Origin: a virus
Taxonomy: Duplodnaviria; Caudoviricetes
Length of the DNA stretch: 64,000 nt
IMG/VR virus record: IMGVR_UViG_3300034052_000013
Coordinates: 18,144 to 82,143 of that record
Direction: 5' to 3' (one strand)
Position 1 is the first letter of the stretch; each line of letters opens with the position of its first letter. This document shows, piece by piece, positions 62,060-64,000 of this stretch. The notes beneath the pieces were generated by a model. The model was not told the origin of the DNA. It searched no databases and saw only the letters and a list, made by a program, of their open reading frames with translations. The translations under genes were made by a program, and so were the position numbers.

Positions 62060-62774
62060 CTGTTTTATTATTTAAATTATTATTAATTGATTGTTTACTT
62101 TCTGTAAATAAAGGTCGTGAAGAATACCAATATTCTAACTCATTCCAAGCTAAAATTTTAGTTTTACCTGTTTTAGTAGTGTTAGAGTTTGGTTTTCTAT
62201 TTTGTAAAATATAATTTTCTAACTCTTTAGATTCATTTTCTAAAACTATATAACCTCTTTCAGGTATTCTCGTAGGAATAGGTGTTCCATTAGATAATAG
62301 CTTAATAGCTTGTTCTTCTGTAAGCTCTGTTGCTTTAGGATACATATTTTGAAGATTACATAAGGCACAATACATATTAGCTGTTTTATATAAACCATTA
62401 GCTTCTCTTTTTAATACTACATAATTCCAAGTACCATAACTTACAGGTGTTGTACCATTATCTCTACAATATTTCTCGTAAACTTTATGAAAATTTTTAG
62501 TAAGTTTAGTGTACCATAATTCAGGTTCTTGTTGTTTATTTAAACCTAATTTATCTTTAACATAGTCTATGTTATCTTGAACTGACTTACTAGGGTCATT
62601 ACAAAATGTACAAGATTCACACGGGAAACCTCGACAACAATCTATTTTCTCATAGATATTATGAATTAAACATGTTGAGGGTTCTTTAATCTTTATTTCA
62701 TCTACGCTAAAGTCAGGATGGTTAACTATTTCTGAATAGTCTCCATCTTTCATCATTTCTTTTATATGTCTCAT
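61908..62774 (-). CDS. Hypothetical protein (3' end overlaps the next gene by 152 nt)
   Basis: 288 aa ORF, Cys cluster near the N-terminus. Confidence 0.55.
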   Translation of the reverse strand: MRHIKEMMKDGDYSEIVNHPDFSVDEIKIKEPSTCLIHNIYEKIDCCRGFPCESCTFCNDPSKSVQDNIDYVKDKLGLNKQQEPELWYTKLTKNFHKVYEKYCRDNGTTPVSYGTWNYVVLKREANGLYKTANMYCALCNLQNMYPKATELTEEQAIKLLSNGTPIPTRIPERGYIVLENESKELENYILQNRKPNSNTTKTGKTKILAWNELEYWYSSRPLFTESKQSINNNLNNKTDGKSIITKVERLIPRVFTGTRPTGTRIPSRARQATTVSRPISNTASIIRS

Positions 62775-62776
62775 GG

Positions 62777-63475
62777 TTATAAGTTTTCTTTGATTGTACG
62801 AATATCATTCTTTGGAATAGCATACACTGCTCTACTGTTTTTATTGTGTTCTACATAGGATAGTGTGATAGCTTTATTCATAATATTGTCTAAAATAGCT
62901 TCAACTTCTTCTCTGGACCAACTATCTTTGATTCTTGTGATTGTTATGTAGTTGTGAGAATCTATTTTAGGTTTTGGAAATACAGGACTTGCACCATTTT
63001 CCATCCAATCATCGTAAGTTGGATTGGTATATTCAACCATAACTTCTTTTATCATATTACCTTTATTGTATTCTTGACAATATTTTTCAATGAATTGTGG
63101 TGAGGGTTGAGGTAAGTTTAATAATTTGTCTGTTGTTGCTATAATTTTGTTGTTTTCACTTATAGGGTAACTACCCCCATTACTGTTCATAACGTGAACA
63201 GTTCCATTGTGTTCCGAATAATCATATTTACTCACTTCATAATCAAATAAAGTAGATTTTCTTGCTAAGCAATAATCACCTTCTTTTATTGTTTCATCTG
63301 AAGTGATGTAAAAGTGTTTTGATGTACCGTCTAGATAGTTTTTTACATACTCTTGGGTTAGGTATTTGGTTACGAAATAACATTTTCTAAATACACCACT
63401 GTGTAATATTAATATGCAGTTTTCTGCCTTGTTTGTTTCTATCAAGTGTACTTGACATTTTCTTTTACTTTCCAT
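62777..63475 (-). CDS. Hypothetical protein
   Basis: 232 aa, HFYITSDETIKEGD and KIIATTD motifs. Confidence 0.65.
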   Translation of the reverse strand: MESKRKCQVHLIETNKAENCILILHSGVFRKCYFVTKYLTQEYVKNYLDGTSKHFYITSDETIKEGDYCLARKSTLFDYEVSKYDYSEHNGTVHVMNSNGGSYPISENNKIIATTDKLLNLPQPSPQFIEKYCQEYNKGNMIKEVMVEYTNPTYDDWMENGASPVFPKPKIDSHNYITITRIKDSWSREEVEAILDNIMNKAITLSYVEHNKNSRAVYAIPKNDIRTIKENL

Positions 63476-63730
63476 ACGTTTAAGTTTAAGATTTGTTAAT
63501 AATTAGTTGTTCTCTACCTACACATCAAAGGTCACAGTTAAACTGAGATAGAAAAATGGGGTTATCTTTGATAGTTAATGAATAAAGATTTAAATGAATT
63601 TTGAGTTTTAAGTTTTACTTTTCTGAACTGATGAAATTTGAATATTGTAATTCAATATCTTTATCAACCATCGTTTCATTAATGTAAGTACCATATTCTT
63701 TAAAAATCTCCAATAACCCCTAAAGAAAGT

Positions 63731-64000
63731 CTAAAGACTCTCTAAAATTGTGTGATTAAAAGTATCTAATTTATCTTGGATACTTTCAATTTCTGTTTCT
63801 AATGTAGTGACTAAAGCATCAATATCATTATCTTTAAAATAAGATTCAAATTCTATAGTAGTTTCACTAGAGAATCTAGAAGGTACTTGTATACCATTTC
63901 TACAAGGTATTCCTTTTAAGAATTTAATACGGTCTTTCAATTCACTTTGTTGAAAGATTAACTTTCTAACAGGAGCTGAAGCTTCATGTATTTGAGTCTT
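63731..64000 (-). CDS. Septicolysin/DUF6847-like coiled-coil protein, 5'-truncated by the window edge
   Basis: Frame is open to base 64000 (KTQIHEASAPVRKLIFQQSELKDRIKFLKGI...IQDKLDTFNH). Confidence 0.5.
   Translation of the reverse strand, partial: KTQIHEASAPVRKLIFQQSELKDRIKFLKGIPCRNGIQVPSRFSSETTIEFESYFKDNDIDALVTTLETEIESIQDKLDTFNHTILESL

Noticed and set aside
4022-62214. Numerous short antisense or nested alternate-frame ORFs in the track (e.g. 4022-4213, 8239-8478, 17471-17719, 35136-35423, 49225-49503, 61921-62214)
   Set aside because: Wholly inside longer motif-bearing genes, with low-complexity shadow translations.
63563-63570. TATCTTTG box on the + strand as an antisense promoter
   Set aside because: No -33 element at the right spacing and no downstream + strand gene. 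An 8-mer like this is expected by chance in AT-rich DNA.
1-64000. Stop-codon reassignment (TAG/TGA recoding), known in some crAss-like phages
   Set aside because: Very long ORFs are intact under the standard code, all three apparent gene breaks are explained by introns, and the only tRNA is Glu(UUC), not a suppressor.

Overview
This window is part of a crAss-like (Crassvirales-type) dsDNA phage genome. The host is probably Bacteroidota: genes have TAnnTTTG -7 promoter boxes and A-rich, Shine-Dalgarno-less starts. The standard genetic code is used. Bases 1-31530 (+ strand) are late genes: a 5'-truncated muzzle/tail protein, five ejected cargo proteins including a 2578-aa virion RNA polymerase (DFDID motif), an inserted ferritin, a tail fibre, and a holin/amidohydrolase/M15 endolysin block. 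Bases 31593-64000 (- strand) hold replication and early genes: exonuclease, RusA-like resolvase, primase, AAA ATPase, DnaB, SF2 helicase, PolA, SSB, phosphoesterases and many small ORFs. Three group I introns, resolved to the nucleotide, split DnaB, the SF2 helicase and an M20/M28 peptidase; two of them carry homing endonucleases. The most unusual signals are: (1) a ~1.1 kb ORF-free, densely base-paired region just upstream of tRNA-Glu, a candidate large structured ncRNA; (2) two tRNA-like elements, one lacking the anticodon arm and one with it expanded; (3) head-to-tail placement of nearly all cysteines in the three giant cargo proteins; (4) an amidohydrolase coupled to the endolysin. All family assignments come from motif recognition and synteny, not from database searches.
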